Assembly: GCA_041551965.1 (NCBI GenBank)
Contig: JBFELU010000001.1
Span: 5,132 to 69,131 of the forward strand
DNA from: Acidimicrobiia bacterium
GTDB lineage: Bacteria > Actinomycetota > Acidimicrobiia > Spongiisociales > UBA11373
Direction of reading: 5' to 3'
Length of the DNA: 64,000 bases
Each line of letters starts with the position of its first letter. The stretch's first letter is position 1. A model generated the notes under the pieces. That model worked only from the letters and a program-made list of their open reading frames with translations, was not told where the DNA came from and did no database searches. Made by a program: the position numbers and the translations under genes. Of this stretch, positions 1 through 10,126 are shown piece after piece.

Positions 1-381
1 TCGGTGCTGCATCTCTGGATGGTGGCCTTGATCCTCGGCATCGTGGCCGGAGCGCTCGCATCGCAGCCGATGGCATGGCCCCTCGGGGGTCTCGGAGGCC
101 TGGCTCTCGGAGCCACCTGGGCGGCCGACAGGGTGTACATGCAGCGCATCTCGCCGCCCCGCCATCTGGGCGAGTTCTACGGCCTCTACGCGGTGGTCGG
201 GCGGTTCGCCACGATCCTCGGCCCTCTCTTGTGGGGCATCCAGGTGAGCATCTTCGGTTGGCCCCGCGAGGTGCCGCTGGCGATGTTGATGCTGTTCCTG
301 GTGGCGGCCCGGATCGTCCTGCAAGGGGTCGACGACGAGCCGCGGGACTGGAGCCCGCAGGATCTGGCGGCGCACACCTAG
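1..381 (+). CDS. MFS transporter (UMF1/Atg22-like type), C-terminal fragment; the 5' end lies outside the window
   Basis: Frame 1 is open from the window edge to the TAG at 379-381. The translation is rich in TM helices (LWMVALILGIVAGALA, FATILGPLLWG). It resembles the C-terminus of the full-length paralog at 5016-6998 ([12 protein letters not shown]). Confidence 0.6.
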   Translation, partial: SVLHLWMVALILGIVAGALASQPMAWPLGGLGGLALGATWAADRVYMQRISPPRHLGEFYGLYAVVGRFATILGPLLWGIQVSIFGWPREVPLAMLMLFLVAARIVLQGVDDEPRDWSPQDLAAHT

Positions 382-401
382 ATCACCCCGCCGTCGCCAC
401 G

Positions 402-426
402 GTCGATCCTCCGCGGGCGGATCGAC
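402..426 (+). terminator. Stem-loop just after the MFS fragment; possible factor-independent terminator without a U-tract
   Basis: GTCGATCC (402-409) and GGATCGAC (419-426) are perfect reverse complements with a 9-nt loop, 21 nt after the stop codon. No T-run follows, so the function is inferred only. Confidence 0.25.
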
Positions 427-481
427 TCGAGCGATCGGGTGATGGGAGCGCGGCATACTTGGGGGGACAAGAGAGGAGCCC

Positions 482-2029
482 ATGTTCGAGTCCTTCCGCC
501 CCGAGCCGTACTCCGACTTCACCCAGCCTTCGGCGCAGGCCGCGTTCACCGAAGCGCTCGGGTCAGTAGCCGGGACCCTGGGCCGGCATCATCCCCTCAT
601 CATCGGGGGGGAACCGATCGACACGCCGGCTCGGGTCGAGAGTGTCGATCCCTCGCTACCCGGTCGGGCCATCGGCACCGTGGCGGCCGCCGGACCCGAG
701 GAGGCGGATCGCGCCATCGAGACCGCCTGGGAGGCATTCCGGTCGTGGTCGGCCCTCGAGGCCGAAGAACGGGCTCGCTACGGGATGAAGCTGGCCGCCC
801 TCATGCGTCGCGACAAGTACGAACTGGCCGCGCTCCAGTGCTACGAGGCGGGCAAGAACTGGGCCGAGGCCGAGGCCGACGTCTGCGAGGCTCTCGACTT
901 CTGCGACTACTACGCCCGGGTCGCCATTCATCTCGCCGGGGGCGTGCCCGTCGTTCCCTATCCGGGCGAGGAGAACGAATCCCACTTGATCCCGATCGGG
1001 GCCGGCGTCGTGATACCGCCCTGGAACTTCCCGCTGGCGATCCTGGCCGGGATGACCATCGGCCCGGTGCTGGCCGGCAACACCGTCGTGCTGAAGCCGG
1101 CGTCGACGACCCCCGTCATCGGCGCAGGGTTCATGGACCTGGTCGCCGAAGCCGGCTTCCCGCCCGGTGTGATCAACTTCCTCCCGGGAGCCGGCTCGGA
1201 GGTCGGCGACGTCCTGGTGGATCACCCCAGGACCCGGTTCGTCAACTTCACCGGCTCCAAGGAAGTCGGCCTGCGGATCGCCGAGCGGTCGGCAAAGGTG
1301 CAGGCGGGGCAGCGGTGGCTGAAGCGGGCCTACATGGAAATGGGGGGCAAGGACGCCCTCATCGTCGATGAGACGGCCGACCTCGACGCCGCCGTGTCCG
1401 ATCTGGTGAGGTCGGCCTTCGGCTTCCAGGGGCAGAAGTGCTCGGCGGCCTCGCGGCTCATCCTCATCGAAGAGCTCCACGACGAGTTCCTGGACCGGGT
1501 CTTGGCTGCCACCGCAGCACTCGAGGTCGGTCCTCCGGTCGAGAACCACCCGATGGGGCCGGTGATCTCGGCCGCCCAGCACGCCTCGATCTCGGCCGAG
1601 ATCGAGGCCGGCCGATCCGAGGCCGATCTGGTGCACGGCGGTGCCGCAATCGATCGGGACGGCGGCTACTACCTCGAGCCGACCATCTTCGCCGGGGTCG
1701 ATCCGGATGCCCGGCTGGCGCAGCACGAGATCTTCGGACCGGTGCTGTCGGTGTTGCGGGCTCGCGACTTCGACCACGCCCTCGAGATCGCCAACGGCAC
1801 CGAGTTCGGGCTGACCGGGGGGCTCTACTCGCGGGATCGCGCCCGGATCGAGCGGGTCCGCCGCGAGTTCCACGTCGGGAACCTCTACATCAACCGGAAG
1901 ATCACCGGCGCACTGGTCGGTGTGCAGCCGTTCGGTGGTTTCAACATGTCGGGATCGAATGCCAAGGCCGGGGGCCCCGACTACCTGCGGTTGTTCATGG
2001 AGATGAAGACGGTCGCCGAGCGGATCTGA
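482..2029 (+). CDS. pruA: L-glutamate gamma-semialdehyde (1-pyrroline-5-carboxylate) dehydrogenase
   Basis: 515-aa aldehyde dehydrogenase. The N-terminus ([10 protein letters not shown]) is typical of the P5C dehydrogenase family. It has the EMGGKD motif and the catalytic Cys in [11 protein letters not shown]. The RBS AGAGGAG lies upstream of the ATG. Confidence 0.92.
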   Translation: MFESFRPEPYSDFTQPSAQAAFTEALGSVAGTLGRHHPLIIGGEPIDTPARVESVDPSLPGRAIGTVAAAGPEEADRAIETAWEAFRSWSALEAEERARYGMKLAALMRRDKYELAALQCYEAGKNWAEAEADVCEALDFCDYYARVAIHLAGGVPVVPYPGEENESHLIPIGAGVVIPPWNFPLAILAGMTIGPVLAGNTVVLKPASTTPVIGAGFMDLVAEAGFPPGVINFLPGAGSEVGDVLVDHPRTRFVNFTGSKEVGLRIAERSAKVQAGQRWLKRAYMEMGGKDALIVDETADLDAAVSDLVRSAFGFQGQKCSAASRLILIEELHDEFLDRVLAATAALEVGPPVENHPMGPVISAAQHASISAEIEAGRSEADLVHGGAAIDRDGGYYLEPTIFAGVDPDARLAQHEIFGPVLSVLRARDFDHALEIANGTEFGLTGGLYSRDRARIERVRREFHVGNLYINRKITGALVGVQPFGGFNMSGSNAKAGGPDYLRLFMEMKTVAERI

Positions 2030-2033
2030 CTCG

Positions 2034-3047
2034 TCACCCGCCGATGTACGACATCTCGATCTTGGGGAGATCTCGCGTTCGTGAGGAGCGGATCTCGGAG
2101 TATCGATCCGTGCGTGCCTCCCACACGTCCCGGATCACCTTCCTCAACTCCTCGTCGTCGCCGCCGTTGCGAACGAGGTGACGGAGGTCGTTGCCCCCCA
2201 CTGCGAACAGACAGGTGTACAGCATTCCCTCGGCCGACAACCGAACCCGGGTGCATCCCGCGCAGAAGGGTTGGGTGACGGAGGCGATGACCCCGATCTC
2301 GCCTTCGCCGTCGCGGTAGCGGAATCGGGTGGCCACCTCGCCGGGGTAGTTGGGCGGGACCGGCTCCAACGGCGTGTCGGCGTCGATCGAGTTCAAGATC
2401 TCGGCGGCCGGGACGACGTCGGCCATCCGCCACCCGTTGCTGTGCCCGACGTCCATGTACTCGATGAAGCGCACGATGTGGCCGGAGCCCTTGAAATGGC
2501 GGGCGATGTCGACGACCTCGTGATCGTTGACGCCGCGCTTGACCACCACGTTGACCTTGATCGGCCCCAGCCCCGCCGCGGCGGCGGCCTCGATTCCGTC
2601 GAGGACCCGGGCCACCGGAAACCCGACGTCGTTCATGGCTTCGAAGGTCGCGTCGTCGAGGGAATCGAGGCTGACGGTGACACGGTGCAGTCCGGCCTCG
2701 GCGAGACTCGCCGCCTTGCGCTCGAGAAGTGACCCGTTCGTGGTCATCGTCAAGTCGGCGACTTCTGGAATCGCCGCCAGGATCCCGACCAGGTGTTCCA
2801 CGTCTCTCCTGAGGAGTGGTTCGCCGCCGGTGAGGCGGATCTTGGTCACCCCGAGACCGGTGAACACCCGAGCGATGCGCTCGATCTCCTCGAACGTGAG
2901 CAGCATCTCCCGCCCCAGGAACTCGTAGTCGCGACCGAAGACCTCCTTGGGCATGCAGTAGGTGCAGCGGAAGTTGCACCGGTCGGTGACCGAGATGCGC
3001 AGATCCCGAAGGGAACGGCCGAGCGTGTCGGTCGGGAGGTCAACCAT
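2034..3047 (-). CDS. moaA: GTP 3',8-cyclase (molybdenum cofactor biosynthesis protein A)
   Basis: It has the radical-SAM motif [10 protein letters not shown] and the C-terminal Cys motif [10 protein letters not shown] placed the start at the internal ATG (3047, MVDLPTD). The ORF's upstream extension to 3191 overlaps the neighbouring gene and is Arg/Ser/Thr-rich and of low complexity. Confidence 0.92.
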   Translation of the reverse strand: MVDLPTDTLGRSLRDLRISVTDRCNFRCTYCMPKEVFGRDYEFLGREMLLTFEEIERIARVFTGLGVTKIRLTGGEPLLRRDVEHLVGILAAIPEVADLTMTTNGSLLERKAASLAEAGLHRVTVSLDSLDDATFEAMNDVGFPVARVLDGIEAAAAAGLGPIKVNVVVKRGVNDHEVVDIARHFKGSGHIVRFIEYMDVGHSNGWRMADVVPAAEILNSIDADTPLEPVPPNYPGEVATRFRYRDGEGEIGVIASVTQPFCAGCTRVRLSAEGMLYTCLFAVGGNDLRHLVRNGGDDEELRKVIRDVWEARTDRYSEIRSSRTRDLPKIEMSYIGG

Positions 3048-3075
3048 GATCGGAGAGGTTACCGGTGGGCCGGAC

Positions 3076-3942
3076 TCATGAGTACCGGTGACGCAGCACC
3101 ACGTTGCCGTGTCGATCGAGGAGCAGGACGACGTCGCCGTCGTTCGACCACACGGGGTCGTAGCCGCACTCCCACCAGAACGTCCCCTCACCGTCGTCGC
3201 CGCAACCCGAGCGGAGCGTCACCGTGCCCCCCGGGGCGACGGTGGTCCCGGCGGGGAACACGAACCGATGGGACGAGGTCTCATCGCGGATCGTCCATCC
3301 TCCGAGGTCGACCGGGCCGGCCCCGTCGTTGCGGAGACGGAGGTACTCGATTCCGGCGTCCCGACCCGGCGGGTCGTAGGAGATCTCCTCGACCTCCACG
3401 ATGGCCCCGGTCGCGGCACCGCACGCCTCGGGCTCCCAGAAGCCGAGGCGAGCGGCGTAGGCCACATCCTCGGCGGCCAAGAAGGTCGCGGCCTCGGGGT
3501 GATCGCCGGTCAGGGCGACGGCGTGCCCCTCGGCGACCAGGTCGAGGTTGACGAGACGCCCGGTCTCATTCCACAAGTAGGCGAGGACCCTCCCGTAGCG
3601 GTCCCTCCCGCCGAGGCCGTCGATCAACACGGGCCCCGAGGTCACCGCCTCGGCCAGAGCCGCTCTCGCCTCGTCATCCCAGCATTCGTCGCGTTCGGGG
3701 GCATTGATACCGAGCAATCGGATCTCGACGACTTCCCCGTCCATTGCGGCCTCGAGGCTGTCGCCGTCGAGAACCCGCACTTCGGTCGCCGGATCACCGG
3801 CGGGACGACGATCGAGGTCCGGTGAAGGCGGTGAGGCCTCGGACGATGTGGGGAACGGGCCGGGTGTGGTCGGCTCGGTGCCACCGAGGTCACTGCAGGC
3901 GGAGAGCATGATGAAGACCGCGATGAGCGCGAGAGGCCTCAC
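3076..3942 (-). CDS. Secreted lipoprotein: thermonuclease (SNase-like) domain fused to a C-terminal lamin-tail domain (LTD)
   Basis: It has a lipoprotein signal ([16 protein letters not shown]) and an SNase-like block (VLDGDSLEA...[12 protein letters not shown]). The C-terminus shows the LTD pattern: [54 protein letters not shown]. Confidence 0.8.
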   Translation of the reverse strand: MRPLALIAVFIMLSACSDLGGTEPTTPGPFPTSSEASPPSPDLDRRPAGDPATEVRVLDGDSLEAAMDGEVVEIRLLGINAPERDECWDDEARAALAEAVTSGPVLIDGLGGRDRYGRVLAYLWNETGRLVNLDLVAEGHAVALTGDHPEAATFLAAEDVAYAARLGFWEPEACGAATGAIVEVEEISYDPPGRDAGIEYLRLRNDGAGPVDLGGWTIRDETSSHRFVFPAGTTVAPGGTVTLRSGCGDDGEGTFWWECGYDPVWSNDGDVVLLLDRHGNVVLRHRYS

Positions 3943-4204
3943 GCCCGGGACGCTACCGCAGGGAAGCCGGCGATCCCACCCCCGGGACCGCGGGGGACCG
4001 GGCGGCGACCATGCCTGCGATCATGACCGGGGACCCCGCCGCCGACTGTGCAGGGACCTGGGAGGGAGGAGCGCTGGTCGTCGAACGGCGGGGCCTCCCG
4101 GGCGTGGCCATCAGCATCGAGTCCGGTTGTGAGCAGACCCGCCGGGCGTGGTTAAAGAACCGTGAATTCGCCGCCGATGGTCTCGGGAAAGGAGGAGTAC
4201 CAGG

Positions 4205-5011
4205 ATGCCGTTCGCCAGGGTCAATGGGACGATGCTCTACTACCGCGAGGCCGGTGAGAGCGAGCTCGCGATCTTCATCCACGGCTTCCCCCTCGACCAC
4301 TCGATCTGGCTCGATCAGCTCAACGGGCTCGCACACGTCCGGCATTGTGTGGCTCCCGACCTGCGCGGGTTCGGTCGTTCCGATCCGATCGTCGAGGGGA
4401 CGCTGACGATGGAGGTGATGGCGGACGACGTGGCCGCCCTCATCGAGGCCCTCGGCGCCACGGAAGCAGACATCGTGGGGCTCTCGATGGGGGGTTACGT
4501 AGCCCTGGCGCTCTACGAGCTGCGCCCCGCGATGGTGCGAACGCTCACCCTGGTCGACACCCGAGCCTCAGCCGATTCTCCCGAAGCACGGGCCAACCGC
4601 GATGCGCTCATCACGCAGGTGCTGGAGGAAGGGCGTTCCTCCCTCGCTGCAGCGATGCTGGGATCCCTCCTGGGCCCCCGACCATCGGAGTTCGTGCGGG
4701 CCAGGGTCCGCTCCATGATCGAAGGGACCCGCTACGAGACGATCGTGGCTGCGCTGAGCGGCATGCGCGACCGATCGGATCGGACCGCACTCCTTCCTCA
4801 CATCGCCGTGCCGACGATGGTGGCGGTCGGTGAGCACGACACGGTGACCCCGCCGGCTCAGGTGCGGGCCATGGCCGAGGCCGTGCCCGGGGCCCGGACC
4901 TCCGTCATCAAGGGCTCGGGGCATCTCACTCCGATCGAGAAGCCGGACGAGTTCAACTCGGCCGTCATGGAACTCCTCGAGGGACGGAAGGTCGTGTGGT
5001 GGCGGGAGTGA
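4205..5011 (+). CDS. Alpha/beta-fold hydrolase
   Basis: It has an HGFP oxyanion-type motif (IFIHGFPLD), the nucleophile elbow GLSMGG, and a C-terminal GSGHL motif. A strong RBS (AAAGGAGGAG) lies upstream of the ATG. Confidence 0.85.
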   Translation: MPFARVNGTMLYYREAGESELAIFIHGFPLDHSIWLDQLNGLAHVRHCVAPDLRGFGRSDPIVEGTLTMEVMADDVAALIEALGATEADIVGLSMGGYVALALYELRPAMVRTLTLVDTRASADSPEARANRDALITQVLEEGRSSLAAAMLGSLLGPRPSEFVRARVRSMIEGTRYETIVAALSGMRDRSDRTALLPHIAVPTMVAVGEHDTVTPPAQVRAMAEAVPGARTSVIKGSGHLTPIEKPDEFNSAVMELLEGRKVVWWRE

Positions 5012-5015
5012 TCGG

Positions 5016-6998
5016 CTAACTCCCGGTCGCCGCCTCATCCTCTGCGATCGCCACCCGACGGCCTTCCTCGACGTCCACTCTCGCCAGCAGCAGGCCGCCC
5101 ACGACGAAGAACACCACCACCCCCAGGACCGCCGGGCGGCTGCTCCCGAAGAGAGCGACGGCGCCCGCAAAGATCGCCGGGCCGAGGATCGCCGAGAACT
5201 TGGCCATGATCGAGAAGAACCCGAAGAACTCGCCACTCATGCTGGTCGGGGACATCGACGCATAGAGGCTGCGGCTGAGCGCCTGGCTGCCCCCCTGGAC
5301 GACGGCGACCAGCCACGCCAGGAACCAGAACTCGATCACGGCATCGAGGAAGAAGCCCCAGACCGCGATCACCGCGTACACGACCAGCGCCAGCATGATG
5401 GTGTGCTTGGTGTCGAGCCTGTGGAGCAGCGGATCGACCAGCCGGGTGCGGGCCACAGCGAGAGCGACCAGGAACGACGCCAGTTCGACGATTAGGAGCA
5501 GCCCCAGGATGGCGCCGAGATTGCTCTCTCGGACCGGTTCCAGGACCTCGATCGCAGAGAGCCCGATGACACTGCCGGTGCTCTCCGGGTCTCGCTCGAT
5601 GTGATTGGTGATCACCAGGAGGTGTTCTCCGGGCGCTCCGGCGTCGACGACTTCACGTTCCTCAAACCGTTCCGTCTCGTTGAATCCGTCGACGACCAGC
5701 GGTTCGTCATCGTCGTCGAGCACGATCTCGCCGTCGATCTCGATGACGAACGACCCGTGGTCCGGGCCCCGGCTGTAGGTGATCTCGACCTCTTGTCCGT
5801 TGTACCGCAATGCGAGCCGATCACCGGGCCGGCCGGTGAACCCATAGTCGTTGCGGGCGCCGCTGCCGAGTTCGTCCTCGGGAACGACTGCCCAATCCCC
5901 TTCGAGGTCGAACGCCTCGATGCCGTGGGTGTCTTGTCCGACGGCTTCTGCGGTGGGTTCGAAGTCGGCCCCCGGCCGTCCCACGACCCCGGCATCGAGG
6001 GTTCGTGCTCCCACGGCACCGACCAGGGGGAGCGCCACGAGGTTGACGAGCACGAACCCCACGAAGAGGCGACGACTCCGATTGTGTTCGCCGCCGGGGA
6101 TGCGCCCGAACACGAGCGTGAACGGGATGCCGACGAATTGCACGAGGAGGAGAGCCAGGATCAATTCCTCGGCCCCGAAGCCGAGCTCGGCTCCGTAGAT
6201 GGCGGCCACCCCGATGATCGTCCCGATGCCGTCGTTGTAGATGAGGAAGGCGATCAGGAACTTCAGCAGCTCCCGGTAGCGGCGGAGACGGCCGAACGTA
6301 TCGCGGAGACGGGCGATGCTCGCCCGGATGACGGCTCCCTCGGTGCGGCCCGCGGCGGTTGCCGCCGGCGGCTCGGGAACCCGTCGCAGCACCGGGATCG
6401 AGAAGACGGCCCACCATACGGCCACGCTGAGGAACGACAGCCGGGATCCGGGCACCTCGCCCAGCACGAAGATCATGGCGGCGTTGATCGCCAACAGGAT
6501 CCCGCCGCCCACGTACCCGATGGCGTACCCCAGCGCCGAAACCCGGTCCTGGTCCTCGGGTCGGGCGACGTGGGGAAGGAGGGCGTCGTAGAACACGTTC
6601 GCCGCTCCGAACCCGATCCTTCCGAGCACGAACAGCAGCGAGGCGAGCATCCAATCGCCGGATCCGACCAGGACCAGCAGCCCGGTGGCAACGACCCCGA
6701 GGCCGATCGACAGGGCCAGCATGGGTTTCTTGCCGCGCCGGAGATCGGAGATCGTGCCCAGGAGCGGGGAGAGGATGGCCACGACGAAGAGCGCCACGCT
6801 CAGGCCGATCGTCCAGTAGGCCGTGGCCACCGACTCGGAGGGCAGCGTCTCGCCTGCCACACGGCTGTAGTAGATCGGGAGGACGGCGGCGAGGATCGTC
6901 GTTGCAAAGGCCGAGTTGGCCCAGTCGTACATGGTCCAGGCGCGGATTCGCTTTCGATATTCGGTGTCGTCGACGCCCTGATGGCCCGCCAGCGTCAT
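5016..6998 (-). CDS. MFS transporter, UMF1 (Atg22-like) family, with a large soluble insertion between TM helices
   Basis: The N-terminal signature [14 protein letters not shown] is followed by multiple TM segments. Residues about 331-493 are acidic and beta-rich, not membrane-like. Confidence 0.85.
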   Translation of the reverse strand: MTLAGHQGVDDTEYRKRIRAWTMYDWANSAFATTILAAVLPIYYSRVAGETLPSESVATAYWTIGLSVALFVVAILSPLLGTISDLRRGKKPMLALSIGLGVVATGLLVLVGSGDWMLASLLFVLGRIGFGAANVFYDALLPHVARPEDQDRVSALGYAIGYVGGGILLAINAAMIFVLGEVPGSRLSFLSVAVWWAVFSIPVLRRVPEPPAATAAGRTEGAVIRASIARLRDTFGRLRRYRELLKFLIAFLIYNDGIGTIIGVAAIYGAELGFGAEELILALLLVQFVGIPFTLVFGRIPGGEHNRSRRLFVGFVLVNLVALPLVGAVGARTLDAGVVGRPGADFEPTAEAVGQDTHGIEAFDLEGDWAVVPEDELGSGARNDYGFTGRPGDRLALRYNGQEVEITYSRGPDHGSFVIEIDGEIVLDDDDEPLVVDGFNETERFEEREVVDAGAPGEHLLVITNHIERDPESTGSVIGLSAIEVLEPVRESNLGAILGLLLIVELASFLVALAVARTRLVDPLLHRLDTKHTIMLALVVYAVIAVWGFFLDAVIEFWFLAWLVAVVQGGSQALSRSLYASMSPTSMSGEFFGFFSIMAKFSAILGPAIFAGAVALFGSSRPAVLGVVVFFVVGGLLLARVDVEEGRRVAIAEDEAATGS

Positions 6999-7071
6999 CG
7001 GTCTCCCTCTTCGTTCCGCATCAGGCTAGGACCGGGAGCCTTGCCTCGCCGGGGCGATATGCTCCCGGGCC

Positions 7072-8337
7072 GTGAAGCGGGTGTCGTTCCTGGTTGCCGT
7101 GGTTTGGGGCGTCGCCGCCTGTGGGGGTGATGCCCTCCCCGACACCTCGGTCACGTCGGTCCCGGCCGTCGGTCCCGGGACGACCTCGTCGACCGCCCCG
7201 GCCTCGACCGCTCCGTCGGCGGCGGCGTCCGCCGGGACCCAGTCGCCCCCGACGACCGCCCCATCGCCGACTGCACCGTTCGCGGGGCTGGGCCTCGAGA
7301 CGATCACCGGGGGTCTCGACCTCCCGGTGTTTGCGACGTCGCCGCCGGGGGACGATCGGTTGTTCGTGGTCGAGAAGCCGGGCCGGATTCGCATCGTTCG
7401 CGACGGGGGGCTCGCTCCCGAGCCGTTCGTGGACCTCACGGCTCAGGTCCGTGCCGACGGATTGGAACAGGGACTGTTGGGCTTGGCGTTCCATCCGGGA
7501 TTTGCAGCCAACGGCCGGGTCTTCGTCTTCTACACGGACCGCGGGGGCGCGACCACCATCGCCGAACTGCACGCCTCGGGAGACCGAGCCGATCCGGGGA
7601 CATTGCAGGTCCTGCTCAGCGATCCCCAGCCCGCCGCCAATCACAACGGCGGCATGCTCGAGTTCGGGACGGACGGCTACCTCTATGTGGCACTCGGGGA
7701 TGGGGGAGGCGCCAACGACCAATTCGGCAACGGGCAACGGCCCGACACGAGGTTGGGTGCTCTGCTGCGGATCGACGTCGACGGCGGTGAGCCTTATGTG
7801 GTCCCTCCCGACAACCCGTTCGTCGAAGGCGGCGGCTCGCCGGAGGTCTGGGCCTTCGGATTGCGTAACCCGTGGCGCATTGCCATCGATCCGGCCGACG
7901 GACTCCTCTACATCGGTGACGTCGGTCAAGACCGGTGGGAGGAGATCATCGTCGTGCCGGCGAACCTCGGCGGCCTCAATCACGGCTGGCCGGTCATGGA
8001 GGGGTTCGACTGCTTCCGTTCCGACGAATGCGATCCCACCGGACTGGTGTTTCCCGAACTCGCCTACGGGCACGGCGAGGGTTGCTCGGTGATCGGGGGC
8101 TTCGTCTACCGCGGCTCCGAGATCCCGGAACTCGACGGCCACTACTTCTACGGGGACTGGTGCGGCCGCTGGGTCCGCTCGTTCCGCCGCACCGACGCCG
8201 GCATCACCGACGAGCGCGATTGGAGCGAGGACCTCGGCGACGTCGGTCAGATTCTCTCGTTCGGGCGGGACGGCGTTGGAGAGCTCTACATCCTCACCCA
8301 GGAGGGATTGATCCACCGCATCGTTGCGGACCGCTGA
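7072..8337 (+). CDS. PQQ-dependent sugar (glucose/sorbosone) dehydrogenase-family lipoprotein
   Basis: It starts with GTG and has a lipobox (VWGVAAC). Family blocks are present: GLLGLAFHPGF, NHNGGML.FG.DGYLYV..GDGG, WAFGLRNPWR. Confidence 0.85.
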   Translation: MKRVSFLVAVVWGVAACGGDALPDTSVTSVPAVGPGTTSSTAPASTAPSAAASAGTQSPPTTAPSPTAPFAGLGLETITGGLDLPVFATSPPGDDRLFVVEKPGRIRIVRDGGLAPEPFVDLTAQVRADGLEQGLLGLAFHPGFAANGRVFVFYTDRGGATTIAELHASGDRADPGTLQVLLSDPQPAANHNGGMLEFGTDGYLYVALGDGGGANDQFGNGQRPDTRLGALLRIDVDGGEPYVVPPDNPFVEGGGSPEVWAFGLRNPWRIAIDPADGLLYIGDVGQDRWEEIIVVPANLGGLNHGWPVMEGFDCFRSDECDPTGLVFPELAYGHGEGCSVIGGFVYRGSEIPELDGHYFYGDWCGRWVRSFRRTDAGITDERDWSEDLGDVGQILSFGRDGVGELYILTQEGLIHRIVADR

Positions 8338-8349
8338 GATCCGGGGGGC

Positions 8350-9126
8350 TCAGAGGAAGAGGCGGTAGCCGTCGAGGAAGCGGACGGCGGTCGGGCCGGT
8401 GACTTCGAGTTCCCCGGCGGGGATCTTCCCCGCTCGGCCCGATGCGGCGGCCAGAAAGGCGAGTCCGGCGCCCACGATCCGATCCCCGGTCTCGGGTGCG
8501 TACGGCTCGAGTCCGCCCCGGCCCCCGGCGACGACAAGGTCGCCGCCTTCGCCGTCGATCTCCAGTCGAATCCTCGATCCCTCGCTCAGGCCGGCCTGCT
8601 TCACGGCTCCCCAGCCCGAGAGCCGGATCGCTCGCGCCACCACGAGGCGAGAGGCCGTCGGTTCGTCGGTCGAGTCGATGTGGAGCCCGAGAGCCTGCCG
8701 GAGGTCGAGCAGATGCACGTAGACGTCGGCGAGGCGCATCTCCGCCGCATGCCGAGCCGGCACCATGCCTACTGGGGAGGGGGCCGGTTCATCCCAGGCC
8801 TCGTCGCTGCGATCCTCGGCCGCCTGCAGTGACAGCTGCGAAGCCACCCGGATCTCCTCGACCACCGCGGCGTGCGGCAGCGCCCTCCGGGCGGCGACCC
8901 CCTCCTCGGTGAGGCGATGGAGGCCTCGGTGGGCATCGGGGTCGAAGTCGGGTGGCGTCGGGGGCTGGTCGAAACCGTGAGCGAGACCTTCGAGGTGGGC
9001 GAGGTGGGCGGCGACATCGTGGACATCCCACCCGTCGCACGGAGTCGGCGCCGCCCAGTCGGGGTCGTCGTCGAGCGCGGCGATGACCCCCGACCACGCC
9101 TCACGCAGTCCCACGATCAGGTCCAT
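8350..9126 (-). CDS. Maleylpyruvate isomerase-family mycothiol-dependent enzyme (DinB_2 / TIGR03083-like)
   Basis: The N-terminal pattern is W.VHDVAAHLAHLEG. I set the start at ATG 9126 (MDLIVGL). The 139-codon upstream extension to 9543 overlaps nurA and is Ser/Arg/Thr-rich. Confidence 0.75.
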   Translation of the reverse strand: MDLIVGLREAWSGVIAALDDDPDWAAPTPCDGWDVHDVAAHLAHLEGLAHGFDQPPTPPDFDPDAHRGLHRLTEEGVAARRALPHAAVVEEIRVASQLSLQAAEDRSDEAWDEPAPSPVGMVPARHAAEMRLADVYVHLLDLRQALGLHIDSTDEPTASRLVVARAIRLSGWGAVKQAGLSEGSRIRLEIDGEGGDLVVAGGRGGLEPYAPETGDRIVGAGLAFLAAASGRAGKIPAGELEVTGPTAVRFLDGYRLFL

Positions 9127-9146
9127 GTTCGAGCAGGCTATCGAAC
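9127..9146. promoter_or_regulatory. Inverted repeat GTTCGA-N8-TCGAAC in a 61-bp divergent intergenic region; candidate operator
   Basis: GTTCGA (9127-9132) and TCGAAC (9141-9146) are exact reverse complements. These are the same hexamers as the actinobacterial LexA box half-sites, but in the opposite order and spacing. Confidence 0.3.
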
Positions 9147-9187
9147 CTGCCCGGGCTCGTCGCACCCTCTCGCTACCATCGCAGCCC

Positions 9188-10126
9188 ATGGCCCGCCTGC
9201 ACGTGGAGGGATGGGCTCCCGAGTACGGGGCCTCCGTCGAGCCGTTCGAAGACCTCGCTCCCACCGAGGGGTCTGTCGATCTCGACGTGGAAGATCGCCC
9301 CTGGGAACCGGTGGTCGCCGAGGCGTCGGACATTCCCGAGGTGTGCTTCGTCGACGGAGTCCGCCGCGTGGATGCCCGCCTGGTGCTCGACGACGAGGGA
9401 GGCCCGGTACCGGGGATCGCCGGCTCCTTCGGGGTCGGTTGCGTGACCTGGGATCGCAGGGCTCGTCGCTCCGAGGTCACCGAGGCCGAAGTGCGCCGGC
9501 TGGCGATCCTGGCGAGTGGCCGGGCGGTGGCGATGCCGGACACCGGGCCGAGCGTGACCTACGAGGTCCAGTCGATTGCCGACACCGATCCGGCCTCACT
9601 GGTGCGACAGTTCCATGGGGCCATGCGGCGGGCGGAGGCCGGCCTGGCCGAGCGCCTCGCCGCCGCAGGGAAGTTCGTGATCGCCGACGGGCCCCTGTAC
9701 GAGACGACCCCGGCCCAGAAGATCGGGTACATCAAGAGCCACCGGGTCTCGTACCTGGGTCCGGAAGCGGGCTCGATCATCGCCGCCTTGGAGCCGGGGC
9801 AACGAACGCCGCTCTTCACCATCAAGGGCTACGAGCGCTACTCGTGGTATCTCAGGCTGGCGCGGGCCCCGGGGGGCCACTCGTGGAGCGGCATCGTCCG
9901 CTGCGAGGCCTCGGCCTCGATGGGTGTCACCGACGCGGCCCTCCTGGCCGACCGGGCGGCCGGGATGCTGCCCGCGGTGGCTTCCGAGGCCCATCGCGAC
10001 CCGAGGGCCCCGCAGAACTTGGTGCCCATCGCCGGTCTGGAGCGCCATCTCCGTCACTTGCTGGGTGACTCAGGCCTGGTGCTGCGTCGCCTGCGGGCGG
10101 CCCTTGCCGGGGGGGTGGCGGCGTGA
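9188..10126 (+). CDS. nurA: NurA-domain 5'-3' nuclease
   Basis: NurA-type motifs are present: CFVDGVRR (motif I, DG), FVIADGPL, IGYIKSHR. The gene sits directly upstream of herA with a 4-nt overlap. I chose ATG 9188 because earlier in-frame starts overlap the divergent gene. There is no SD, and a TACCAT -10-like hexamer lies 8 nt upstream, so the mRNA may be leaderless. Confidence 0.72.
   Translation: MARLHVEGWAPEYGASVEPFEDLAPTEGSVDLDVEDRPWEPVVAEASDIPEVCFVDGVRRVDARLVLDDEGGPVPGIAGSFGVGCVTWDRRARRSEVTEAEVRRLAILASGRAVAMPDTGPSVTYEVQSIADTDPASLVRQFHGAMRRAEAGLAERLAAAGKFVIADGPLYETTPAQKIGYIKSHRVSYLGPEAGSIIAALEPGQRTPLFTIKGYERYSWYLRLARAPGGHSWSGIVRCEASASMGVTDAALLADRAAGMLPAVASEAHRDPRAPQNLVPIAGLERHLRHLLGDSGLVLRRLRAALAGGVAA

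Noticed and set aside
3048-3075. A Moco riboswitch upstream of moaA.
   Set aside because: Only 28 nt separate moaA from the preceding gene, far too short for the roughly 130-nt Moco RNA motif.
9127-9543. A 139-codon N-terminal extension of the DinB-like ORF (the ORF track gives 8350-9543).
   Set aside because: The extension overlaps the nurA coding region on the other strand and is Ser/Thr/Arg-rich. The family-typical N-terminus begins at the internal ATG at 9126.
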